The notes: generated from the sequence alone by a model not told the origin. DNA of 64,000 bases from Paraphysomonas bandaiensis (GCA_965644295.1 CBFFRP010000437.1:23107-87106); one strand, 5' to 3'. Shown: positions 37,981 to 51,735, counted from the stretch's first letter. Translations and numbers: made by a program.

Positions 37981-39989
37981 AAATGTCGATTGATGTTGAG
38001 TTTTTGATGATTTTTGTAATAAATACTGCAGCAGGTGTGAAGAGAACATGTTTTTAAAGACATTTAATAAGTTTTATATTAGTTACAGGCCAAAAATGTA
38101 AGAATGTAACGGTTACACTATACATGATATATGCGTACTATAGTGCTATGTATATTTCTCATGTAGAGCAAAGTTCTGTTGGCTAATTAAAAATAATTAC
38201 AAGCGATACTCAATATAAATCCTCGCACATTCGCTAGTAATACTAGATGCAGAATCAACTGCATCTACATCTACCCACCACTCCTTTTAGTGGGTTTCTA
38301 AATAGAACACCACCTCGGAGTACTGTCACTATTACTGGAAGGGATATTATGAGGCTTACCCTAGTGGGCTACGTTCAATATTAGGTACATTACACAAATA
38401 ATCATAATCTTGCGATCTGAAATGTCTGATGGCACTGCAGTGGATGATATTTGCAACTCTGTTAGACAGTCCACACTCTTACATGCAAACGACTTATAAT
38501 GATCTCCATATACCCGTGCGACACTCCGTTGGCCTGAAAAATCCTTTCCCTCCCTCCTCACCAATGACAACACGAAATATGATTAGATAAACTTCACAAG
38601 ACAAGCATTTCGAACTCTGCTGGCTGTAACAGTCGAACAAGCATCACGATTTCTATGCAAGACGCCCTCACATGCACACGTCATCATGCAAAATACACGG
38701 TATCACATCACATTATCATCGGTTTTTGTACATAAAAATAACATAAATTGTCGGATTTGCAGTGTTATCAAAGTCGAACCACATTCGTTTTCGTAAAGCG
38801 GTGCATGACACTTTGATGTCAAATTGGTTCTCGAGATACCGATGCAGATCCGCATATACGTATGCCTTGCGCCATCCCGCAATTCATTCATAATGTAGTC
38901 ATGATGAGATATAAGCATCTCTTTCTGAATTTTCGTGTGCTCAAGACATATATAGGCCTTGCTGCCTGTACCTCGAGTTGGTGCTATACTGCACGGGGTA
39001 CATTACACTTCTTGACCATTTGTGTCATACTCCTAAATGACATGTCTAACAGTCGTGTCACTCATATGTAATGCGACAGCAGTAAATTTAATGGCTGCGG
39101 TGTGGTTGCTTGCTCTCTTCTTCATAATAACATTAGAATAGATGAGTAAGACATTAACAACATCATTAAATGATGCCAATTGGCCTTGAGGTCGACATAG
39201 CTCCTCCGTGCATTGTATCCAATGGATGATTTACTGACAGATTTTGATCTCTTGTTAACAAGCAGGCCTTTAAAGAAAATACCCAATGTGAGATTGTCAC
39301 CAGTGAAACTTACCACAAACAAGGAGTTCGTTAGAGGTGAAATGCAAAATATATATTTAGGACCACAGTGTTGGCATCATTCTATTCGATTAGGGTTACA
39401 TTGCATACTCTAACACACGGTAGTAAGCAACAATTCTTGTGCGCTTGCCAGATAAAAAAGGAGCAGCAACAACTTCGCCAGTATCTACCTACTCTTGAAC
39501 AGGGTCTTGGCACTTTTTCTCTTATTGGAGGGTGCTGTTACGAACTAATCGGTATGCATATTAGGTGCAAGGGAGAAGTGCTCAGGGGGCAAAAACTAGC
39601 TGACTTTCCGTAACAGATCTCACCTCTCACATACACGTCACCCACTCCACTCCTCAAACGTGCGGCACAGGAACGCCAGAAACACTGCCCAAAACTAACT
39701 AACACCAATACAAGGGACCGTTGCACCAAGGTGCTTGCAGCAATGCACAAGCAGTCCCGAGACGGTTGAATAATTTATTAAGTAGACACAGCCGTTCACA
39801 TGTTCCGGACGGACGTCAGTGCCATATTCCGGACGTAAGTGATTGTTCATGACTCTGGCAACATTAATATGTGTATTTGTTACGGTCTAGCATACGGTCA
39901 AACTATTTTCCCCCTGCAACCGCTATATGTAAATTCCTTTTTGTCTTCATACATACATCCATTTTGTCTTCAGTCGTGCGACTCTTAGG

Positions 39990-40622
39990 GTGCGAAGGAC
40001 TCAATTAATGTCCCTCTTGGTGCACGTGTTGGCTATCGCATGCTCTCGAGGAAGACTCCTTTAGCATGATGTCCTAGTGCGCGCTGTTGTGTGGCTATAG
40101 AGCTTCTGTTCTTGCAATCTGCATTAGTAGTAGGAATAATTTGGATGGGAGCATATGAGTATATGAGAGCTGTGACAACTGCTAGTAGATCGTACGCATA
40201 AGGATCACTGACAGATATGCCTCTCACAAGAGTCGAAAGCCATAGAATTTTGCGCGACCACATATCCCCAAATCGCACTCCTGTGGAAGCCACAGACGAT
40301 CCGCACCACCGGAGTGAGATCATGCGTGAGGCGGCGTAGCACTCCGTGAAGCTTGTGTGACATGAATCTGTAAAGCGGTCAACAAGGCTCAACATTTCTG
40401 TGATTTCAGTAAAAATGTGATCGTCGAGGGGTTCAGATGGAGCAGGTTGTTGTAGGGTAAGACCCACTTCTGCACCCCATTCGTGGAGGCTTAGGGTGAA
40501 ATGGTGGTTGTCTGGGACAAAAGAAATCGGGCAGCATTCTCGGCTGCTCCTCCTAGGATATTTGCTCTCTGGAGGAGCCCCATTTCTGTTCCTGTGCTCG
40601 GTCAGAGAAGTGTTTTAGGCCT
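39990..40622 (-). mobile_element. Non-LTR retrotransposon fragment (post-RT/RNase H region)
   Basis: GLTLQQP, FTDSCHT, DPYAYDLLAV and RALGHHAKGVFLES are homologous to 46626-47530. Confidence 0.7.
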
Positions 40623-41261
40623 TAATAGTCGTCCGTAATATTAAATTAATTGTCTTACGTATTTTATAAATCACTATTAAATACTCTACTCTTAAAATAT
40701 GTATTAATATTAAAAATACTAAATAAAATATATTAATACTGGATACGTTGGGTGGATTCATTATATAATAACAAACTATTTTTACTATTTTCTTATATCC
40801 TTTGAAATAGTATCTAGTTAGTTGATAGCACTACTTTTTCAGTGGAAAAAGTGGATAATTTATTTTTTGTTTTTTAATGTATAATTTTAACTTATCCCTG
40901 TATCTACAGAAAAAGCAACACAGCCTATTAACTGAGTAAAACAGATAATATTTCAAGTGATATTAAAAAATAGTTTGTTGATTAAAAAATCCATCCGAAA
41001 TATACGGACTAAGAAAGTGTCAAAGGCTTCAACATCACGCTTGTATATAATATAATAATGTATTGTGGGACTGTGTTGTTGAGGCTGGAAATAAACAGTT
41101 GAAGTCACTATTCGTTTAGTCCCCTGCTTCCTTCATGTGTGTGACAATAAGCTGTAATGCTCGTAGCATATTATGAAGAAATAGATATGTCCTCCAGATT
41201 CACGAATTGAGTTATGTTGACTGCTTCATTCACCCCTCACATTCCCCATAACACTCTCAAG

Positions 41262-42040
41262 CAGGGATAGGGAACAATATATTGCAATACTATTGTTAGA
41301 TAGCGTTCCATCAATAGTATTGATGGATTTTTTAAACCGGTCCTACAATACAATTACAATATATTGCAATATATTGTCAATGTATTGCAATATATTAGTA
41401 TGACTAATCAGTAGGTAAACACATCCGTAGATTTCATTTTTAGTATTAGTCATTAAGATCACATGACAACCAAACCAACTGCTGCTTATAGCTACTAAAA
41501 ATCCACCTCATCCTCATCCTCTGAGCCATCATCGGTGACGTCAACATCACCATATTCATCCACAGAATTAATTGAAACATGCTAGTTTCCGGCCATAACT
41601 GTCGAATAGCTTTCAGAAACAACAGCATATTAAAAGTAGGATGGATACTTTTGCGCAACACTGATATAATATGTTTAGCTGTGCTGAACAGACGTTCCCA
41701 TGTATTGGAAGTACATACCAGGGCCAGGCAACCGTTAATGACTCGTGGATCTGTACGTTTCTTAATTTTTTGAGCTGACTGAAGATTTTTAGTCGCATAG
41801 TCAACATCAGCTTCATTATCCTTTGTAATGTTGTAATCAATTTCTCGGTTATTTATATCCATTTTGCACCCTACAGTTGAGAATCTTCTCTTATATGACT
41901 ATCATAATATTGATTGCAATATATTGCAATAGTATTGTGAGCTTTTTTAACAGAAACAATATTGATGGAATATTTGACCAGTCCACCAATCAATATATTT
42001 TACAATATATTGCAATACAATATATTGTTCCCTATCCCTG
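41262..42040 (-). mobile_element. Complete non-autonomous hAT element (family A, 779 bp)
   Basis: Perfect 23-bp TIRs CAGGGATAGGGAACAATATATTG and exact 8-bp TSD CTCTCAAG (41254-41261 and 42041-42048). Internal remnant TSNTWERLFSTAKHII...LLFLK. Confidence 0.93.
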
Positions 42041-42079
42041 CTCTCAAGTCTCCAGGAACCATCGCTTTATACTATATTG

Positions 42080-42770
42080 TTAGGCTGGATAGACATACAC
42101 TGTGTTTGTAGATATGTATATATGACTTATATCTAGGTTTGAACATTTGTTTTGATGCTCTGTAAGCCAAGTAATAACACAAAAAGTTCTGCGAAGGGGA
42201 GCATTCACATTGAAAATAATATATGTTATTAATGCTACATAAAATGAGTAGTGGTTCGAAAAATTGTCTGGATATAATAAAAACTCAGCTGTCGTGATAA
42301 AAATAGAGGGGTTCACTGCTTTAAGGTGCTATCCATTGGCTGTGGTACATGATGAGTAGCATCTGCTGCCACGGTACTTTTGATATTCCAAAACCGATCA
42401 TCTTGATAAAACTTTAAAAAAAATTGACTCAATGCATGATTTACCAATTCTATATATAATTTCGATACGTTTTGTGGCACCTGCAAGACATATACAACAG
42501 TGACGAGAAGAGTCCCGTGACAACAGAGCACAAAAGGGAAGAAAGAACGAGCCTTCTCACTGCTACAAAGCGCAATAAAATTAAAAATATTGAGAGCGAT
42601 AGAGACAGCGGCGATTATTCTAGACCGCAAACTGATGGCTTGCAATGAGCGAAAGGTCATGTTTACATCACTTGTGAATTTCCCAATATCTAAAACAGTA
42701 AAGAATAATATTAGCGACACTGTACATCATTTATCAAGAACGAGCCATGGCACTTACTTTCATCGTCCAT
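42080..42770 (-). pseudogene. Possible multi-pass membrane protein gene, apparently disrupted
   Basis: ATG at 42770 (MDDE), then a phase-1 GTAAGT..TTTAG intron in frame with hydrophobic segments (IIAAVSIALNIFNFIAL, FPFVLCCHGTLLVTVVYVL). The frame breaks near 42313. Confidence 0.35.
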
Positions 42771-42859
42771 CGAAGAGGTTCCAGTGGACAAATTTAACTA
42801 GGGCAGTGTCGGTACTTGCTGGTAATGGTTGTATATTTTGGATGGGTGAATTGGCAACT

Positions 42860-43426
42860 GCACACACATATATATATATACATACATACATACATACATA
42901 CATACATACATACATACATACATACATACATACATACATACATACATACATACATACATACATACATACATACATACATACATACATACATACATACATA
43001 CATACATACATACATACATACATACATACATACATACATACATACATACATACATACATACATACATACATACATACATACATACATACATACATACATA
43101 CATACATACATACATACATACATACATACATACATACATACATACATACATACATACATACATACATACATACATACATACATACATACATACATACATA
43201 CATACATACATACATACATACATACATACATACATACATACATACATACATACATACATACATACATACATACATACATACATACATACATACATACATA
43301 CATACATACATACATACATACATACATACATACATACATACATACATACATACATACATACATACATACATACATACATACATACATACATACATACATA
43401 CATACATACATACATACATACATACA

Positions 43427-43458
<32 letters not shown>

Positions 43459-44224
43459 CATACATACATACATACATACATACATACATACATACATACA
43501 TACATACATACATACATACATACATACATACATACATACATACATACATACATACATACATACATACATACATACATACATACATACATACATACATACA
43601 TACATACATACATACATACATACATACATACATACATACATACATACATACATACATACATACATACATACATACATACATACATACATACATACATACA
43701 TACATACATACATACATACATACATACATACATACATACATACATACATACATACATACATACATACATACATACATACATACATACATACATACATACA
43801 TACATACATACATACATACATACATACATACATACATACATACATACATACATACATACATACATACATACATACATACATACATACATACATACATACA
43901 TACATACATACATACATACATACATACATACATACATACATACATACATACATACATACATACATACATACATACATACATACATACATACATACATACA
44001 TACATACATACATACATACATACATACATACATACATACATACATACATACATACATACATACATACATACATACATACATACATACATACATACATACA
44101 TACATACATACATACATACATACATACATACATACATACATACATACATTCATACCTACATACATACATACATACATACATACATACATACATACATACA
44201 TACATACATACATACACATACACA
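42860..44224. repeat. (CATA)n microsatellite, ~1.36 kb, nearly perfect
   Basis: Directly visible. Confidence 0.98.
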
Positions 44225-44280
44225 TTGTGTCATATTGAAGTCAAGGAGGCAGAAGTAGCTGCCCTCACTTTCTATATATA

Positions 44281-46406
44281 ATGGACTATTCAAGGTACTT
44301 GTACCCTCTCTCCCCCTATCTAACCCCCCTGTAGAACAGGTAATCTCCTTCTACAGGCCGGCAGGTACACAGAGGCCCTTGAGAGCTACTCACATGCCCT
44401 CTTAGAGAACCCTCATAACCCATCCCTCTATTCTAACCGCAGGTCTAACTCCCCGTTCGTCATTTTTTCTTATAATAAATCTTATTTTTAGTGGGTGTTA
44501 CTTATTGCTAGAGGAGTATGAATTGTCTCTACAAGACGGGAGGAGGTGCATTGAGCTGGACCATACTTTAGCAATGGGCTACTACAGGGCAGGATGTGCT
44601 CTATATTGGCTTCATAGGTACACTGAAGCCCTAGAGGTGGTTGAGAAGGGTCTGAAGGGGACACCGGCTATATGTTTTTCGGATTTGGAATTACGAAGGC
44701 TCGAGGAGCTCAGATGTGTTATTGCAGCTGATATGACAGCAGCTGTATTGTGAGTATACTTGCAAGTCTAGAAAGCGCTGTGTTTGGCTGAATGAATTAT
44801 TGTAATGATTCTTTCAGAGCGGGAAATGTGTTGTTGAACGATGGCCAATATACAGAGGCGCTTGATAAGTACTCAGAAGCCATATCTTGTGAGCCTGACA
44901 ACGCAATCCTCTATTGTAACCGTAGGTGAAATGCTATTGGGTTGTGTGTTGTGATTTTAACTGGATATGTAGTGGATGTTATTTGTTGTTGGAAGAGTAT
45001 GAGTTGTCTCTTCAAGACGGGAGGAGGTGTCTAGAGCTCAATAATACATTTGCAATGGGGTACTATAGAGTGGGGTGTGCATTATACTGGCTTCATAGGT
45101 ATACGGAAGCCCTAGAGGTCGTAGATGACGGAATTAGAACTGATCCATCTGATCTTAATCTCCGACGATTGGTAGAATTAAAAGGCATGTTATCTAGTCT
45201 TTTGGGCATTTCCTCTGGAGTTAGTGAAGGGAAGCCGTCACATTGTCCTCTTTCTTCTAGTAGTGGTGACGATCTGTTCCATCTCTCTCATCATTCCAAC
45301 CCTGGGCCGCTTGGTGCGTATACCGTCTACCGCATATACCGAGGAAACAAATCTATGGCTGAAAGGAGGTACAGAGAATTTCTTCAAATTAGAGATATTC
45401 TACAGTGTGATTATCCCGGTGCACTTGTACCTCCCTTGCCCGGCAAGAGAGTCGTTGGGGTACTACAAGAGAAGTTTGTTTTATGCAGAGAACGTTATCT
45501 CAAGGAATTTATCAATCGTGTTGCAGTGCACCCTGAGCTCAGGACTGCAGATTGTTTTCGAGTTTTCGTGGAAGGGGGGGTACTCACGCACCCACGGGAT
45601 GCAACCAAACAACATGATAAGAAACCAAGAAATATCCTGTGCCATGGCTGGCAGCGCTTAAAGCCTCTATTGGATTGGCGTTAGAGCAGGATAACCTAAA
45701 TGTGGAGAAAGATGACACAGTTCGAGAAGTGAAAGAGTTTCTCAGTGACGTACCGATGCAGACAGCTGAAGTAGGGCGAACAGCGAGTTGCCTACAAAAG
45801 CAGTACGAGAATGTCTCCATCTCTCTGATATCCCTCTCAGGCAGTGTATGTAAATTGGGCCTTCTGGGTGGTGGGCGATTTCAAATCCTATGCAATATGG
45901 TATGAAGTATGTGTCTAAGGTTACCGTATGTTCTTAGATCGTTTTGTTGTGTATAGTATAGCACTGCACTCGCAGCCCTTGCACGGGCGAATGACACACT
46001 CAGTCATGATATGCTTGTCTCTGTGACGGAGCGTTTACAACTACAGAGTGCCGTACTGAATTCGCTCTCATTGGCACTTCGTACGCAACAGCAGCTGTAC
46101 TCAGAGTCATTACGATACAAGCGATTATTGGAATCTAAAACTAAGCGGGGTGAACATGCTGCTGATGGCCACTGCAAAGACTCAATACAAGCACAGGCGG
46201 ATGCATTAAGTGTACTGAGCGCTAATGCTGAAGTTAAATTTAATGTGGCGACAACGCGGTTGCTGCGAGACTTTCAATCCCATATTCTTGATAGACAGTG
46301 TATTATCGCTACTACTTCTCTGGTAATTGCTGACTTACAGCTAACATCTCTTAATGAAAAAACTAGTGTGCTGTTGAAATTGAAAATGGAGTTAGAATCC
46401 TTATAG
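44281..46406 (+). CDS. TPR-repeat + PX domain + BAR-like helical region (sorting-nexin-like), multi-exon
   Basis: ATG at 44281. Two TPR modules (GN..L..G.YTEAL..YS.A, LYSNRS, MGYYR.G.AL). PX motifs RRYREF, YPGALVPPLPGK, INRVAVHPEL. C-terminal helical exons. Frame change near 45620-45640. Confidence 0.8.
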
Positions 46407-46619
46407 CTGGTAGTTATATTATAATATATTGCTATATAAATGTATCCGAAACTGACATTAAGATGATAGTAATCAATCCACGGAATTTTTAAACGCTCTA
46501 TAATAAATTAAGATTAAAAAGTTTATAGACATCTCTATCAAGGCTTCCTTTTGGTACGATTTGTGCCTCCATACATAGCAGAAAAAATCTACTTCGCAGA
46601 ATCCTAGCCAACTCTTATA

Positions 46620-48235
46620 GGCATCTTAAGCTTCGATTGTACAGACAGTGTAATTTTGTCGACCAAGTAGTCGGTCGACTTCATGCCAGTCCGCACTTGC
46701 AACTGCACCTGCTATGTAGATGCCCTTCTCCTCGAATGTCCATTCCGATTCAACCCATCTCACCTTCCTTTTACATGCTCTATTAGCTGCAATACTTTCG
46801 AGCAGGACACCTTTGGCACGATGGCCTAGAGCTCTTCGTCTGTCGGAGAGTGCTTCATCAGTGCGGATGCAGACAGACTTATAGTCTGTGTAGCTCGGAA
46901 TGTGCTCGGGTATGCGAGATGAAAGCAGAAGCCCCACGGCTGTTCCCATGAGTTCATATGCGTAGGAGTCGATCCTCGGCACATCTTCAAAGGGTGTCTC
47001 TAGGCGTAGGATTTTTGTAGTGCCAGTCTCCCAGTCAGTCTCCTGGGGTAAATAGACAACCGCCGCTCCACCGTGGTGTATCCATTATCTTATTCGTGGG
47101 TTAATGTGCGTGGGTAAACGCGGGGAGAGCGCTCCGGGTGTGTAAGATCCATCCGTTAAGATCGCCTGGAACCTGTCCGGTCCGACATTATCAAGGCCGA
47201 GTGTGTGTCTTATGTTAGTGTGTACTCGTCCTGCGGTTGGGGTGGCTGTTGCAGAGTCAAACCTAGTTCAGTTCCCCATTCCCTGAGGCTTAGGGCAAAG
47301 TGATGGTCTGGCGGATGTGGTGCTATTGTCTGAGTTAGTAGAAAGTGTGCAGCTTGTCCTGCATCCCCACCGAGTGTTATGGCACGCTGCAGTGATCCCC
47401 ACTTTTGTTCCTGCACAGAGTCTGATAAACGCTTCATACCTAATCCATTATGCTTGAGGGGGAGGTAAATCAGATCCGTGGGGTATCCAGGGTATAGGCT
47501 GAGCGCCTTTCTGTAGAGAGTTGCACACAAGCAGAATCGATGTCCTTGTAAGACTGTAAAGGCTATGATGCTTTGGTGGCTCTGTAGAGCAGTGTGGGTA
47601 TGATTTGGGTCTCAATGACCATAACCTTACATCCGGCTGATGCCTGCTTGATGCCAAGATGCGTGCTCACGGCCTTCAGGTATTTTATGTACCAGTGGTG
47701 AGAGTCCTTGTCGGTGGATGTCAGAGGTAGATCTACTCCTAGAGGTAGTGGATCGACTCAAGAGATGTTTGAATAGGTACGGAGTGTGGGCGCCATGACC
47801 AATCGTATGGGATGAGGAAGCCAATAGGGTTTGCATGCGTATAATTGGGGTCATGTAAATTCGGGAACACTGTGCAGATCACATTGGGAATAGAGAGTTC
47901 CATTCCCGATAGTACGCAGAATGCTGATATTCGTAGAGCAATGAGTTGGACATCTGGTATGGATTTTTTATTGATTGTGGTGAGGTCATCCGCGAAGGAG
48001 GTGGTGTCGTGAGTTGGGGGGCGGTCGTTTATCGTCAAATCAATGTCAAGCCATGTGAGAAGAATATCATATAGCGCCACCACCCAAGTGCATGTAGATT
48101 CGGTCCCCCCTTGGGCGATGCCCCGTTCTGCTTCGAAACCGAGACCGAACAGGCCGATGAAGTGCCCGTCTGCGGATGGGAGGTCGACTAGGGAGCGTTC
48201 TATGCACCGTCGGTCTATGATCATTTTTCAAATTT
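46620..48235 (-). mobile_element. Degenerate non-LTR retrotransposon: RT plus RNase H
   Basis: RGIAQGGTES and SFADDLTT (RT), IYLPLKHNGLGM, then RNase H-like ILTDGSY, SYAYELMG, YTDYKS and VRWVES. Frameshifts and stops throughout. Confidence 0.85.
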
Positions 48236-50029
48236 CTTATGCAAGCGTCTGTGAGACATCCACTAAAATTAACTTGCTATCAAAAATACCACATATACCC
48301 AATCACTGAAGTCTTACAACCCGTGACCGGCGCAATACCTTCCGGCATAAATTTTGGAGCAAACTGTTACCAAGGGGTTTGCATGGACAAGTTTTCAGGA
48401 GTTTCTTCACACAACGCAATAATATTATTATGATGAAAGGCATTCGTAAGATCGTGATCATCTGAGAATAATGTCTGACATTAGGAATAGTATGGTTGCC
48501 TACTACTTCCATGTGCTTCTTTATCTGTACATATAGTTGCCTCAGAACCTCTCTAATACAAATACGGAGGTGTTGCTTGGTGGGAGCAACTACTAAGCAC
48601 CATGCCCTTGGTGATCATCTTTTTCCATAAAAAATCCACATAACCTATGAAATTCTTTCTTTGAAACTTGCTTTCTTTGAAGTCTTATATTGATAGGCCT
48701 TCATGAGATGTGGTACTACTAGACCTTCCTTCCACTTCAAGCACAAAGGTTGTATACCCTATATTCCAGGCCACTTCTCTGGAACAAAAACATTTTCTCT
48801 TTTCCCCTTTATAATAGCTCCACTATAATATATGTATATTATATCAGTGTTAACTCTCAACTCCTCACTAATGTGTTTATCAATGAGGTCATGATAATAA
48901 TATCTGGCTGCTTTCTGCCTCCTGGGCTTACCTAGAAATATTAAAGCGTCACCAAAGTTAACTGGCAAGACCTCTTTTCTGCTACTTCGGGGGCGCTTCC
49001 TCTTCGTCATTATTGGACTTTAACCATCATGATGGCTTTTTTATCAAATTACCTTCTTCGGTGATAATATATATATTATTATAGTATGCGACCACCTTTT
49101 TGTTTATGATTGACTGTGTATAATCTTTTGGTTTAAGTTAGAGTCCATACCATTCCTCGATTTTTGCTTCTTGAAGAAGCTATTCATGAATGGATACAGT
49201 TTTCCCATATATAATTCCTACTTCATTTATTTCCAGCAAGAAAAATTATTCGATATACACATGAGTTCTAGCTTTTTCTTTTCCTTGTCTCTACTAATAT
49301 CTCTAGATTTTCATATCTTCTCTCAGCGGTTTAACTGTACAACTGTCCGCCACAGAACCACTCTGTATTTGGTCTTCTTCATGATGTTGTAAAGCCGTGG
49401 GCTTCTATATAACACCCTTTGACATTTTGAATGATGTCACTATGATATATTATTATTATGATAATCATTACAATAACGATATATAAAGATCTGATTATTA
49501 CATGAGAGAACTCTACTTTGTTTTTAGCTATCTACGACTTTAGACTAGTGGTATCAAAGTTGCTAAAAGCTGAGTTGTCTCGGGACTGCTTGTGCATTGC
49601 TGCAAGCACCTTGGATTACAATAACGATAGGTATATTATGTAGGATGATGTTGTGTAGCTGGTTTAATGCTAACGAATAGTGAATGAATGTAGTTAGTAG
49701 TTAGTTTTTACAAGAGAGAAAAGACATTGACGACGAAGCGGATTACTGGAGTTTTGAGTACAGTTTTTGGTAATTTTGTCTTGTTGATAATCGTTAACCA
49801 CACATTGGTATGAGAAGTCCTTTGATGGTTTTGAGTAACTCTATGAGCGTACTCATCGTTCCGGACTCCGATATACAAATATTTTCTCACTGATATACTC
49901 ACCATAGAATTTCTAAGGTCGGTGCACAAATTAATAAGGGTCCTTAGTAAAAGTCGGTGAGATCGTGAAACCTGGTAAAGCGATTTCACCAGGTTTCATA
50001 TATACGGAAAAGTGTCATAAAAGACTCAC

Positions 50030-51735
50030 CGCATCCCATACGGATACCCCAGGAATACACGCTTACTGCTATGAAACCCTCTTGCCACTACGGCAGCCCT
50101 TACGGTGGCAGGTTCCTCCCACGACACAATCCCCCTCTGCACAGACTGTCAAGCCGTCCACAGTAGTGCTGCAGAGGCCCTCTCCGGCTCACGGAGAGCA
50201 CTTGATTCTAAACCCCAATGTTTACCGGTCCTTACCCACACTAGTAGTAGACGCCCCGCATGATATACACTGGGTACGCTCGCATCCAGAATGCCGCATT
50301 ACAGACAAAACCACAAATGGGCCTTTCGAGAAATGGGTATCTTCATTGCTACTGATTCAACAGCAAGTGGACATATTGGAAACCTCTTAGGGTTACGATC
50401 TCATTGAAACCCGTAATTATCAAGTCACCACGACCAACGTCACTCCGCTCATGGAAGACTTTTTTTCTCACTCTGCCGGACACAGTGTGGCACTACTGCT
50501 GGCGTCGCTATGACACACATCTCCACTCCGACATATAGGACCACTTCTCGGGGATGCACTCTATCTTAGCTACACGAATACGACCTCCAGCAATACACCA
50601 CCACCAGGGACGGTGTGTGTACGGACGGCCAGACAGCTAAAAATACAATAAGTTCTCTCATGTAATCCTTAGACCTTTATATATATACGGACTGCCCCCT
50701 TTCGAATCGTGATCCCCTTTACTGGACACAGAGCGGAGCGAGGCTACCACACAAACTCCACCCTCTCTCCGCACCCACAACAACCCCAGACAGTACGACT
50801 GTATATCCTCGATCGTATCCGAGAAACTGGGAACAGACTCTATCCCCGTACACAAGAACGGCCAGAACAAAAAGCAAAAGGAAAACAAGGGAACGAAGCT
50901 ACACAGCAGCAGCAAAATGTACCGACTGCAACCATGACCACGACAGCATCGCACATATATATATGGTTCTAGAGTACCCTCACCATGACCTCGCACAAGC
51001 TAGAGAAGAAATATATACCACCAACACCGCCAGGCAATTGACAATATATGCCAAGAACACCACACAGCCCTCCGACCATGGTTTTCCACTGCTCTCACCA
51101 AAATCTCCTCCGCAGCCTAGAATCCCAATACCCCCCAGTTGAGAGATACTGGACGGGCAGCATCACAGCCTCCCAACTCTAGCAAACGCATTCGGCCACC
51201 ACATCTTCACTGCCATACAACCCCAGGGGTTCCACCAGCTCGAAAAACTAATAATAAAAATACTCGGACCACTTTACAATGGCGGCCTCCACATGCTTAA
51301 GGACAGAGGAGGAGGAGAAGGCGGCATATCCAAGCTCTTACTCCCAGCACACAGACGACAATGCACACTACCGAACCAAGCCAACACGTTCACAGGCCCA
51401 CCACGCTCAACTCACCACAATACTAAACGTCCTCCAGGTCTCCTCCACCCTCAGAAATCCTCGAGCCAACCCCCCCCCCCACGTACTCCCACCACGTACA
51501 AAAGACAAACGCTCATCACATTCCCCACGCGGACTCAACCACCTACAGCGCGCTCCCCTCCTCCTTACCACACAATTCCGTCTCGCTTCATGACTCCGAA
51601 GCGCATATAGTCCCCACCTCTAGTACAACAGAGGTGTTACCTAAAGGTCGCCCCCCTGATTATAAACGCATTACGAGCCTGAACAGTTGCACCATGGTTC
51701 TCGCAGCAATGCACAAGTAGTTCCTGGGCGCTAAC
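50030..51735 (+). mobile_element. 3' part of a related non-LTR retrotransposon (RNase H end, CxxC..H finger, 3' stem-loop)
   Basis: HAYCYETL, HWVRSHPE and WAFREMGIFIA correspond to SYAYEL, RWVESE and WTFEEKGIYIA in 46626-46982. KCTDCNHDHDSIAH at ~50915. Stem-loop motif at 51686-51730. Confidence 0.7.

Noticed and set aside
42590-44281. 450-560-aa ORFs on both strands
   Set aside because: Same (CATA)n artefact.
39726-49614. Identical 38-bp inverted pair as TIRs of a 9.9-kb element
   Set aside because: No TSD, and the same motif occurs elsewhere as a retroelement 3' tail, so two independent insertions are more likely.
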